Part shown: piece by piece, positions 37,801 to 49,585 of the stretch | How the letters are laid out: the number at the start of each line of letters is the position of its first letter | Numbering within the stretch: position 1 is the first letter of the stretch | Source: Podospora anserina | Lineage: Eukaryota | Direction of reading: 5' to 3' | Assembly (NCBI GenBank): GCA_017654855.1 | Contig: CM030335.1 | Span: 1,550,001 to 1,614,000, forward strand | Length of the DNA stretch: 64,000 nucleotides | Translations under genes and position numbers: made by a program | Notes under the pieces: model-generated | Database searches by the model: none | What the model saw: only the letters and a program-made list of their open reading frames with translations | What the model was told of the DNA's origin: nothing

Positions 37801-40800
37801 TACCAGTACACATATGGACCGGTCAATTACTATGAGAGCCGGCTTAGCAAGGAATATCGACTTCGACAAGTCCTTAGGCACGACCTCATAGGCGCCCGGC
37901 TGCCCGGCGCCAGTAAGCTACGGCCTCAATGGCGGAATATTCTTCGACTTAAGGATGTGCCCTGGTTGGGCGACCACCGCTTGATTCCTGACGCCGTCTT
38001 CCCTGCGGCGGGCTTCATTGCTATGGGAATAGAGGCCGCCACGCAGGTGTACCACGAGCTCCCCAAGGCGTATGAGATCACGGGGTACTCGCTCCGCAAG
38101 GTTGACATCGAGACCGCCCTGCGGCTTCCCGAAGATGATCGTGGTGTTGATATCATCCTCAGCTTGGAACTGGCAGACACGGACGCAACGGTCAAATCGC
38201 CTGGCTGGTCCCGTTTCACCGTCAGTTCGGTATCCAGGGATTCCGATGAGTGGACGGAGCACTGCACAGGTCTCGTCAAAGTCGAGATCTCGGAGAAGCC
38301 TGCGGTGGCCAGCAAGATGGGCTCTTTAATGGACCCCCGATTCCCCGGCACACGTGCGTGGTACAACAAGTTCACCGAGATTGGCATCGGCTATGGTCCA
38401 ACTTTCCAGCCTCTCTCCGATATCCGGGCAGACCCCAACCAGAATTTAGCCCAAGCAACCGTGGCGCTGAACACAACGGACAACACGATCGAAGGAGGAG
38501 AGTCAAGCTATTCGCTCCATCCGGCGGCCCTCGACGGCACCTTCCAGCTAGGTCTCATTGCCTGCTACGGTGGCCAATTGGAACGTGCATACACTGCCTT
38601 CGTGCCTGTCCACCTTTCAAGCATGTATCTGAAAGCAGGACTCAGCCCGCATACACCCGCAACAGCCATAGCCCACGGTCAGACCCAAGGCCTGCGCGGT
38701 GCCTACATCAAGCTGCAAATGACTGACGAAAGCGGCAACGTTGTCCTGGACGTCGACACGCTGCGCTGTCTTAGTTTCAAGGAGTCCAAGTCGGACGAGT
38801 ACACCATGCAGTCCAAGAAGGCCCTGAGCAGCCCTTTCACCAGGCTCACCTGGAAGCCCGACATCCGTACTCTTAACAACGACCAGATCCGGGCACTGTT
38901 CCCCCCCCCACAGGAAAATAACCAAGGTGCCGCAAGCCTCGAGGTGGTCGACATGATCTGCTGCCTGGTCGTGGCGGACATCTACGAGGTATTCATCAAA
39001 AGCGCAACCAGCGTACCCCAGCCCAAAGGTGAACTCCGCCACTGGGTCTCTTGGCTGAAGTGGTGCGTCGAGGAAGACAATCGGGAGAATATGGTCGAAG
39101 CCAAGAGTCTTCCTGCCGACCAGCGTCACCAGCTGCTTAAGAAGCTGTACGTTGAGGCCGGTGATCGGCCCGAGGCACAGGCGGCTCGGAGACTGCACGA
39201 GAACATGGGTGAAATCCTCGCGGAGCGCAAGACAGGTATTGACGTCCTCGTGCCGGATGGACTCCTCACGGCGCTGTACGAGACAGGCCATGTCATTGTG
39301 GGCTCATACCCGCAGCTACGTAATGTCCTCGACTGCCTCGGCCATGCCAATCCCAATATGCGTATTTTAGAGGTCGGCGCAGGCACTGGCGCAGGCACAC
39401 GAGTAGCTATGGGGGCGCTGACAAGGTCGAACGGCATTAAGCGGTACGCTGATTACACGTTTACTGATATCTCGGCTGGTTTCTTGACGGCCGCTCAGGA
39501 GTTCATGTCAGGCTATCGTGATGTGAACTACGCTGTTTTGGATATCGGGGAGGATCCGCTCGCCAATGGGTTTGAGCCGGTCTACGATGTGGTCTTTGCA
39601 TGTGAGGCTATCCACGCCACGGCCAGTATGGATGTAACTCTCGAAAACTGCCGGAGGTTGTTGAAGCCGGGAGGCAGGTTAGTGCTGGTGGAGAGCACGC
39701 GTATGAGAGTGCTGCTGGGGCTGCTGTACGGTACTCTCACGGGTTATTGGCTGGGGGTTGGTGACGGTCGTACTGAGGGACCTTTCATGGACCTGGAGAC
39801 CTGGGACAGGCGATTGAGGAAGGCCGGCTTCTCGGGCACGGAGCTGGCCCTTGATGACTACAACCGCCCCCATAACACGACCTCCATCCTCGTTTCCACC
39901 CGTGTCGAAGAGTCTTACGTGGTCACCAACAAAGACACAGAGGCAAAGGAAGGTCCGGCCGTCGTGATCCATCTTTTGCACGGAGCCAATGGCCCGTCGC
40001 CGCTCTTGGAGCAAGTCTCCAGTGAGTTTGAGCGTTGTGGCGTCAAAGCTGTGGCGTCTTCGATCAATGAAGCGTCCGAAACAGTACAGCCCAACGCCCG
40101 CACCGTGGTATTCCTCAACGACGAGAATGACCTCTTTGACACTGAAAACGCCAGCCTTCTCAACTCGTTCCAGCATCTTGCCCGAAACACCAAGAGCATG
40201 GTCTGGTTGACGTCGAGTGGAATTGCCAAAGGTCGGGACCCTCGGGCCGCCTTCATGATTGGCCTTCTCCGAACCATCGCGACTGAGAACCCGGCCGGCC
40301 GTTTCCTCTCCATTGACATTGATGCGGAGACTTTCGGAGAACAGGATGATACTCTCATTCGCAACATCGTCAAATCCGAGCTAGCCCTGCAGAATGAGGA
40401 TGCCTCTGATGAAGAAGGCAGCAAGGACCGAGAGTTTGTCTGGCAGGACGGCTGTATGTGGGTGAGCCGGGTGGTCCCTGACACAGAGCTCGGCGTGTAT
40501 ATCGACCTAAGCAAAACACCTACGAGCAGAGGCTCTCAGATGGTTCCCATTGGCAGTCAGGGTCCTGTTCGTGCGGCATTCGAGACCCCCGGCATCCTTA
40601 CTTCGCTATACTTCCGAGCCTATACAGAGCTCTTGCAACCCATCCCAGCGGACTACGTTGACGTTCAAGTGGCAGCTGTGGGTGTGAACTGGAAGGATTT
40701 GGGCCTCACGTCAGGTCGATTTGACGCAACTGGCAGCAACCTGTCGTCAGAATACGCCGGCGTTGTGACCAAGATCGGTGCCGCAGTGGATGGTCTGTCT

Positions 40801-42807
40801 GTTGGGGATCGTGTCTATGGTGTCGGCAGAGGCCAGTTTGGAAACTACACGAGAGTTCCTGCCGCATTTGCACAAAAGCTCGAGCCAGGAGACATTCTCA
40901 CCGAGATGGCTACGATGCCACTGGTGTACATGACAGCCATCTATGCCTTTGACTATGTGGCACGGCTTAGAAAAGGCCAGAAGGTGTTGCTACAGTCTGC
41001 CACAGGCGGGCTGGGCTTGGCGGCTATTCAGGTTGCGCGGGCTCGGGGTGCCGATGTATTCGCTACTGTTGGCAATGCTGACAAGGTCTCCTTCCTTGTT
41101 GACACTGTGGGTATCCCGGCAGATCACATCTTTTCCTCTCGGGACCCTACGGCGCTATCTAATGCTGCCAAAGCAACCGGCAGGGGCGGCTTTGATGTTA
41201 TTCTCAGTACGGTTGTCGGAGGAGATTTCCTGTGCGAATCCCTTAAAGCGCTGGCTCCCATGGGACATCTTGTCGACGTTGGTCGGCTCGACGTACTTGA
41301 AGCCAAGGACATTGGCTTGGAGCACTTCCAGAGGAACGCCACTCTGACCTCGTTCGATCTTAATGTCCTCCTGGACAATGATCCAGAGCTTGGACGCGAG
41401 TTGATGCAGACAGTCAATGACCTTTATCGATGGAACGTTATTGCGCCGATTCACCCCTTTGCCGTTCACGATGTGTCGGAGCTCGACCGAGTCTTGGTGG
41501 GCCTGTCCAGGGGCACGCACATTGGAAAACTGGTGGTGTCATTCGAGAATCCAGCCTCTCTGATCAAGCTTGTCCAAGAGCCGCCAGCAGCGAAGTTCGA
41601 CTCTGAGGCACGCTATGTTGTCACAGGAGGTCTGGGCGGGCTTGGCCGAGCCATTATCAAGTGGATGGTCAGTCGTGGCGCTCGTGACTTTGTGGTACTT
41701 TCTAGGCGTGGTATCAACACCCCTGCTGCAAAATTACTGGTAAAGGATCTTGAGTCGCAAGGCGTTCGTGTCGAGGCAGCGGTCTGTGATGTGAGCAAGC
41801 GAGAGAATGTCGTGAAAGCGGTCCACAACGCTGCATCGGGCGACCGGGCTGTCAAAGGAGTGATCCATGCAGCCATGTCATTGACAGATCTCTCGTTCGA
41901 CAAGCTGACCATTGATCAATGGCGAGATGGGTTTGCTGCAAAGGCTTTGGGTACCCTCAACCTGCACGAAGCCACTCTTTCGTTACCTTTGGACTTTTTC
42001 GTCATGATCACGTCGACCGAGTCCATCTGGGCACCACCAACTCAAGCGGCATATATCGCTGCAAACAGCTTTCAGGACTATTTTGCCCGCTACCGTCGAC
42101 GGCTCGGCCTTCCCGCGTCCACAGTATCGTATGGGTTGGTGGCTGATGTCAAGTCGGACTTCCTTCACAACTCAGTTGGCACAGATGACATGTACGTACG
42201 TAACAAGACCATGACAATCACAGAGCATCAGGTCCTCGCCCAGCTGGAGCCGGCCTTCTTGCCTGTGGAGACAACTTGCTGGGTTGGGCAGGATCAGGAC
42301 CCGTTGTCAGAGGCCAATATCTTGACATGTCTCGATCCGGTCGGGTTGGCTGAATTGGCGTCGATGAACGATCTTATCCCACGCTGGTATCGCGACGGGC
42401 GCGTGTCGGTTATCATGCAGGCAATGAAGGACGCGCAACGACAAGCGAGCGGGGCAGATGCGGCTCAGGATGGCGCTGGCGGAGCAGGCAAGTCGGCTGT
42501 GGCCCGACTGCGGTCGTCATTCTCGGAGGGAATCAAAGGAGGAGCTGGCGCCCGGGCCATTACGGTCGCGCTCGTGACCGAAGGCGTGATACAGACTGTT
42601 GCTGGGATGTTGTTTATTGATGCGTCAACAGTGGACCCTGCCAAGAGTATTGCCGAGCATGGCGTTGACAGCCTCATTGCGGCTGAACTGCGGAGCTGGT
42701 TCCACCAGGCGTTGAAGACGAACCTCAAGATGGGGGAACTGCTGGACGCACAGACGAGTATCAAGACACTGGCTGAGAATATTGTAGATGCGGCGTTGAA
42801 GGAGTAG
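34820..42807 (+). CDS. Highly reducing iterative type I PKS (KS-AT-DH-cMT-ER-KR-ACP)
   Basis: EPVAIIGMG|CRW; KS NTACSSS, ECHGTGT, GHTEG; AT GHSSGE and AYHS; DH WLGDHRLIPDAVFP; MT LEVGAGTG; ER QSATGGLG; KR TGGLGGLG and YIAAN; ACP GVDSL. Introns 34878-34938 and 35411-35474. Confidence 0.97.
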
Positions 42808-42865
42808 GTTGAGCATTCATGTCATTACTTTTCGCAGCGTTAGATAGACAGATGAAGTCGTTGAA

Positions 42866-42902
42866 GCAACTCCTGATGCAACTCCTGATACAGCCCTGAT
42901 GC
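42866..42902. repeat. 12-bp tandem repeat (GCAACTCCTGAT x2 plus a degenerate copy) downstream of PKS
   Basis: gcaactcctgat gcaactcctgat acagccctgat gc read directly. Confidence 0.7.
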
Positions 42903-43033
42903 GATCCCAAATGTGAACTCCTAACCTGCTTCCAATGCTCAGGCGGTAGCCATCAGAGACTGTCGTCTCGATAAGAACTGCGGCGGGTTCACGTGTTCAT
43001 CCCAAGCTCGGGCACTCGCAGAACTGGCGTCGG

Positions 43034-43047
43034 CCGAAGTTCCTCGG
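43034..43047. promoter_or_regulatory. CCGA-N6-TCGG element upstream of SnoaL-like gene
   Basis: CCGAAGTTCCTCGG, about 221 bp from ATG 43268. Confidence 0.75.
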
Positions 43048-43267
43048 GTGCTCCCGTGCCAAGGCCGGTGATCGACAGGCTTATCCTTCCGCACTTGATC
43101 CGAGGCAGGGTGACGCCAAGGCCCTAACACCGATATGGCTTATCCCCGGTAAGTCCGGCAATGCCATCATAAACCACAACGTCCACCACCATCGACAGCA
43201 ACGCTTGCTTTTCATCTTGACACATCCTGCAAACTCTCAACAGAAACGCAATTGCGATATCTCCAAA

Positions 43268-43969
43268 ATGGCCGGTTCATATGACGCTGCCACTTACTTG
43301 CTCGACAAGGAAAACATCCGCGACACTGTGATCCGCATGGTGAGTTGCCAGTGGGTACTCTTTGTCCGGGCAGTGGGAGTTGCTGATGTTCCTTCCCGCA
43401 ACAGATGTTCGCCTTTGACGACGCCGCCACTGAAACATTGATCAATGATGTTTATGCGCCTGTCATCGAGCTCAGCTACGACAAGCTGTTGCTCGGTGAT
43501 GAGTTTCATCAGAAGAAGATCTCCAGTGAGGAGTGGGCTAAAAGTCTGGAGCATATGCATGACAAGTTTGATACGACGGAGCATATTATTCAGTGAGTTT
43601 TCCCATCGCCACGCATAGATGAAGCTGATGATTCCATCGCAGGAACGTTTTGATTGAGCTACCGCAGCCGGGGGGTGGGGTGCAGAGGCCAAAAAATGTC
43701 AAGGCGAGGGCTATCGCTCATGGGATCTTCTACAAGAGGGATGGGGGGGAGGGGAGGCCGTGTGTTATGGCTTTGAGGAATGGGGTGAGTCAGTTTCTGT
43801 CAGTGTTGAAGTTGCTTGAGTTCGTTAGGTGGCTGACTTTGTGACACGGTAGGGCTCGTACAAGCTGGAGCTGGTCAGGATTGAGGAGAAGGAGGAGAAG
43901 GGGGAGAATCCGTGGCGGATTAGTGGGTTGGATGTCACGCTTGACTGGCAGGATAGGCCTAGTTCTTGA
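43268..43969 (+). CDS. Small SnoaL/NTF2-like protein (putative cyclase or dehydratase)
   Basis: Four exons splice to MAGSYDAATYLLDKENIRDTVIRM|MFAFD..TEHIIQ|NVLIELPQP..ALRNG|GSYKLELVR..NPWRISGLDVTLDW. The pattern resembles SnoaL_4/scytalone-dehydratase-like folds (recognised by eye). Confidence 0.75.
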
Positions 43970-44345
43970 GGGCCAAATCAATCGTTGTCTCTTTAGCCAG
44001 CCTCGGCATCTTCTACCTGTGTCTAAAGTACTTTCCGTGGAAAGAAAATGTTTGGCTGGATGATGAGGTCCGTGTTTGTCTGAGAGAAATGCTAGAGGTA
44101 CACGACCTTTTCTTTCGAGACGTGAATTACCCACAGTCTGGTTGGGGTTAGGGGAAGGGATGGGGTAGGAATAGGGATAGGGTATATCATCTGGTGAATA
44201 TCGGGCCTTGCGATGGGTTAGCGTTAAAGCCGCGATGGTTCTCATGGGGCGATGCGCGTTTGAAAAAGGGTAACACTAGACTTTTTCCTGTGTTCCAGCC
44301 CCGAAACGGACTCCTGCTACCTATCTAGACCGTGCCTCCGTCTAC

Positions 44346-46116
44346 CTAGCTCTCCAATGGAACTATGGGGTTGTAATATGCAAACTTATTTAGGGGATCG
44401 TACTGTGCCTTGAGGGCACGTAGTTTCTCCAACCGCCACGGTTCATAGCCGTACATGGACTCCAGCGACTCGTGGCCCGCGGCATAGTTGACGTATGTCG
44501 TGGGCTTCCGCCATTCACCTTCGCCTGCGTTCCACAGATCCTCTGTTTCCCGAGCCCACTGGAAGGCAAAGTCCTCCAGGCCCGAGTTTGGTGGAGGCAT
44601 GGCGTCGAAGTACCTGCGGTGAAATGTCAATACCGTGGTACAGCGGCAGGAACTGTTTCACTCACATCAGAAGATTATCGTCACGCAATGGAAAAGCAGA
44701 GTCCTCCGGCTTGCCCCTCAAAACACCCTCAACGGCATAACCTTCATGGACTAGCTTGGTGCCTGACAGCAACGGCTCCTTGGCGACCTTCTTGTTATAC
44801 AGGTCATAGAGCTGCCGCTGTACAGTGACGTTGTAGACTTGAAGGCCGGCTGTGCCTGTGATATGGACCTTGCTCGGCGCGCACAGATCTGATTCCAGTC
44901 CGCTGATCAAGATGTCTGAGATGGAGGTGAATGGCACATCGCCTTCATCCACCGCCACGGGGCCGAGGGCATCGAACGGTGACAGATCCGCTGCGGCATC
45001 CTCTTTGGAGCCTCCGTAGATGAATGTCCAGAATATTGTGGCCTGAAGAACTGTTAGTGGTAGGCGGCGGTACCTGTGCTGGCCATTATCTCACCTCAGT
45101 AGTGCTCACGCTCGGCTCCATGGTGTAAACACCAAACGCCCCTCCCCACGTCGGCGAAAGGCTACCGTTTGCATGGAACTTATTCAGCTCCTCGAAGAGC
45201 GGCTCAACGTGTTTGCCTGTGAAGACGTAGTTCCTGTAGTAGTAAGACGGGACCGTGACCGGGTAAATCTTCATATCAAAACTGGTGACAATGCCAAAGT
45301 TGTGACCGGCGCCTCTCATCGCCCACCACAAGTCGGGATAGGATGTTTCGCTAACCATGATGGCTGTTCCATTGGCGAGCACAACGTTCAGGCCGATCAG
45401 GTTGTCGGCTATGAGGCCATGGACGCCCTGCTGCACACCGTGACCGCCTCCCAATGCTGGTCCGACCATGCCGACGCAGGAGCAACTTCCAGTTGCTGAG
45501 AGGAGGAGGAACATTGTTAATTTCTAAATAGTCGTTGATTATCAAGGCTAGGAAACTCACTTGTGACATAGCCCTCCTTCCAAAGGACGTCAATCGTCTC
45601 ATAATTCCGCGCCCCAGCCTGGAGCTTAACCGTCATCGCATCCTTGTTGATGGAGATGTCTGTCAGACTTCTCACGTCGATCTGGATGCCGTTGAACCTT
45701 CCAACAGTTGACGTTAATGAGTGCCCGCGATTGACAACAAAGAAGTTGATACCATGCTCATTTGCATATTTCACCTAGTTCAAACTGTTGGTTATCTCGC
45801 TCTGAGTGGATAGGCAGGGACCGCTTACAATCGTCGGGATATCGTTCTCTACCCCGGGTTGAACAACAACCTGCACCTGCGGCACCGCGAAATCTTGATA
45901 TCGCTCGGTAGCGTCCGGCCAACGGGAGTCATCTGGCCCAAAAATACTGGCATTCTTGGAAAGCAAAGGGCCGAGCCCTTGCTGGACAGACCCAGACGGC
46001 AAGGGGCTCTGTCTTGGAACTGGCATCTGAGCGTAGTCCTTTGGGTTGGTATACGCCGCAGCGAGGGCTTGGGTGAGGGCGATGCCAAGTGCAACAAAAC
46101 AATAGAGCGACGGCAT
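44346..46116 (-). CDS. Secreted FAD-linked oxidoreductase (berberine-bridge/VAO family)
   Basis: Signal peptide, VNRGHSL (covalent FAD His), CSCVGMVGPALGGGHG, DLWWAMRGAGHNFGIVT, BBE tail YVNYA..YG..LEKLRALKAQYDPLNKF. Five exons. Confidence 0.93.
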
Positions 46117-46354
46117 CGTTGTGAAGAAACAATGCTTGGGCAGATTAGGAGAAGTCTATGGGGGTCCAGAATTGAACGGGCTGATCAAGATGGTGAGATG
46201 CATGTAGATGTAGTTACCGACAGGATGGATTCACGACTTTCAGATCCCGCCGTGGCGGCGGTGTGCGGAACACCGGAAGTGTCCATGGTAGTATTATCCA
46301 TCGCAGAAGATCGGGTTTGGATTGGGCGTGTTGTTGGTATGGTACGATTTCGCC

Positions 46355-46368
46355 CCGAAATATCTCGG
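46355..46368. promoter_or_regulatory. CCGA-N6-TCGG element upstream of FAD oxidase
   Basis: CCGAAATATCTCGG, 239 bp from ATG 46116. Confidence 0.75.
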
Positions 46369-46888
46369 CTTTCAACCGAGTAAGCACCAACCAGCTTCTG
46401 TTGGTAACGTCAAAGTCTTGGAACGTTCTTAACTCCACCTAGCTCCGACCAGCTGGTCCAGATTCTTCAAAGTGTCATAGGAAAAGGTCAAGGTGATTGC
46501 TATTTGAAAGTGAAACTGCAACATATTCGTTACCAGAGAGGTGGCAAAGAAGATACAAATAACGTCAAAAATGCCCAAGTGAAGCGAATTGAGAAAGTTG
46601 TTCTAAAGGGATTGCCGGTACTTGAAAGTTGGTTGATTAGAAATCGATGACTTTCGATGTGGGATGGCTTCCTTTTGCAGAAACCTTGGTTAGTAATGAA
46701 GCTTTTCCACAATTGTTGGTTGGTCGGCGGTTCCAGGTAACAGCACATATAAAACCAAGATCTGGAACGGCGGAGAAACGCACATTGCTGTTATGAGGTA
46801 TGATGTCAAGATCATAGTAGGTATTCATATGTTTCACTTGAGCAAAACTCCAATTCTCCCAAACAGAAGGCCAACGCCCCTATCCAAT

Positions 46889-48717
46889 CTACCAGAAATT
46901 CACCTTGCGCAACCTGACATAAACCTTCTGCGGCTGTCTCGAAATTCCATCAAACCCAGCATAACCCCCCAAAGCCTCTGGAATCTCCAACAACTCAAAA
47001 TTCCAAACCACCAACGCCATAATCGTTCTAATCTCCAGATGCGCCAGCTTCCTCCCCCAGCATTGTCTGATACCCATGCCGAATCCCAGCTGCGGTCCCG
47101 CGCCTGCATCAAACTCCACACTCCCATCCTCCTTGGTGACAAGCCAGCGCTCAGGCTCAAACAGCTTCAGATCCTTGGACTCATCCCAATGAGGCCGTCT
47201 CTTCGCCGCCTTGGACGTCGGGCTACGAGCATTCTCGTTTATAGGCAGCGAAGGGGAGAGGTATCCAGGTCCGGCATTGACCATAAAGACCTGGCATCCT
47301 TTAGGGATCTTGTAGCCCAGAATTTCGGTGTCTTCCGTAGCCTCTCTTGTCATGCTGAATGGTGTCAGGCGCAGCGTCTCCTCGATGACCGCCTCAAGGT
47401 AAGGAATTCTCGCTCGGCGAAGTTCTTCAAAGGTGGGGAAGCGTTTTTCTGCAACAGCCTCTGGAAAAGCAGAGTACAGTGCATCGCGGAGTTTAGACTG
47501 GGCTTCGGGGTAGCCAGTCAAATACTTGGTAACCCACCCCATTGATCCCCCTGTGGTATGATGACCGGCGATCATGTCTGCAAAAATCTAGCAGAGGATT
47601 TCCGTTAGCACAACCTGTTTTTTTGGCTACTTGATGCGGCCACGCTCACCTCATCGACCATGATGTGACTGTTCAACAGAGGCTCACGCCCTTGTTTCTC
47701 AGCTGCAATCTTCTCCCGCATCAGATGGTGCTCCAGAGCTGTCTTGACCTCGCCCGCTTCAAAATTCCGAATCGCCACGTCGAGCTGCTTGGGGACGACT
47801 TGTTCCTTTTGTGAGAAGATCTTCCGGAACCATGGCTGTTGGCTCCACCACCAGAAACTGAGTTTGGGCGCCCAGGCAATTGTGGTCTTTTCCAAGACAT
47901 CAGGTGCGTGATGGACAGCGGCGAGGAATGGCGAGATTGGAGTCTCAGGAAAGATCACAGGCTCGTCCTTGCTGGCTGGGGGGATTTGCGAGGGCCTCAT
48001 GTTGGATATCGTCTCCAACTGAGGGTCCGTTGCCGAGTCTGGAATATTTCCGCCGAAGGCGTAGTGAACCATGGTGTCGAGGGCAGCGTGGTAGTAATCC
48101 GACCGCACAGAAAACGGTCTCCCGTCGGCAAGCTTCATCTTTGCCTCGAAAAGCTTGACGAGCTTCAACCCCTCGCTGTGAAGAAAAGGACCCATGAAGC
48201 TGTTCAGGAAGTTTGGTGCCATCAAGTCTTGCTTGAGGTGGCGGCGGGCTCGGAAGGTGGGGTCGTTGGTCTTGTACCTCGCATTCCAATCACCCAAAGC
48301 GAGGAGCCCGTCGATCAAGAACTGAGGCTTCTCAAACTCGGTGCGGCGCATTAAAATGTCCTGAGCTTCGTGGAAATCGCCCACCAGGATCCATGGCTTG
48401 GAAAACGGACGGATGAAGACTTGGCAGATGGGTTCACCCATTCGTTCGACCTGATGGGCTAGCCACATGCTAAACTCTCCCGTGACGCTGATTTCCCTGC
48501 TCATGGCAGGTGCGTCACCGAACAACGACTTTGTAGCTTCCGTGTTGAACGGAATGCCGGGGAGCGGTTTGGGAAGCAGCCATTGGTACAGCAAATAAGA
48601 ACCAAGGACTGTGAGCGAAACAGCCAGCCAGAGTGTGGCTGTTGGCGACAGGAAGCTAGTAAGCGTCGTATAGATGTTCAGAAGAGCCATATTGTAGGAG
48701 TTTGCATTGAAGGGCAC
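46889..48717 (-). CDS. Cytochrome P450 monooxygenase
   Basis: N-terminal TM plus PKPLPGIP, I-helix AGHHTT, EETLR, PERW, heme motif FGMGIRQCWG. Intron 47649-47588. Start may be 48690. Confidence 0.95.
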
Positions 48718-48983
48718 TGTTAGGGGACGGTTGTTTTGAGCCTAATACAAATGCTTCCATACGCAATGGGGAAAGATGAGCAGAAGTCCCAACCCATGAT
48801 GGCAGCAGTGAAGGTGGTTTCCCGCCAGGCTCGGCGTCAGCACCGATGGCCCCCACCGGGACCGGAAACCATGCTACGTCGGCCGATTCATTTCTGTGTT
48901 ACAACCAGCTTTGCCTGAGCGGGCCCGCTCGAAAATGCTGAGGCCCGGGCACGCACGAGAGTGAGTTTGAGGGTCAGTCTGAG

Positions 48984-48997
48984 CCGAGAAATGTCGG
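48984..48997. promoter_or_regulatory. CCGA-N6-TCGG element upstream of P450
   Basis: CCGAGAAATGTCGG, 267 bp from ATG 48717, immediately followed by the variant CCGATATCTACCGG. Confidence 0.75.
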
Positions 48998-49585
48998 CCG
49001 ATATCTACCGGTCGGAAGGTACCGGCTCGACTGTTCGGAGGGAACGGATGTATAGCTTTCAGAGAGAGTAGCACTGAGCCAGAAAAGTGATTATCGTCCA
49101 CCCAACTATTTGTAGGTGCTCAGATGAGGACTACACTAGGAGACGAGGGAGCTGTGCATGAGTGTGAGGCATATTATTGTGCGTGCACATATGAATCATG
49201 TCTGCTCATTTGTGTTGCATAACCTGCGGAATGCTGCCTCCTTTATAGCTTCATCAATGGCCAAGGGGCACTTTCGTTTCTACATATCACATATGTTAAT
49301 CCATGTGTATAATACCTTATCATTTTCACTATGCCATTTCTCTATGGAGAGCATCGAGCGGCCCAACGCTGCCTGTCTTCATTCTATAATGTAGTAGGTA
49401 AATAGGTAAGGCAGGCAACAGGCACAACAATACCATTATTGCTATGACATGGGGAAAAGACAGTATATATTTGCTATTCCAGGATCATCAGTTGAGAGCA
49501 GCTTCGTAAGTTTGACATGACCCTATTTCCCAACACCCTACGCCTGTCTTGTGTTCATGCAATATTCACGTATAAATCCATATCC

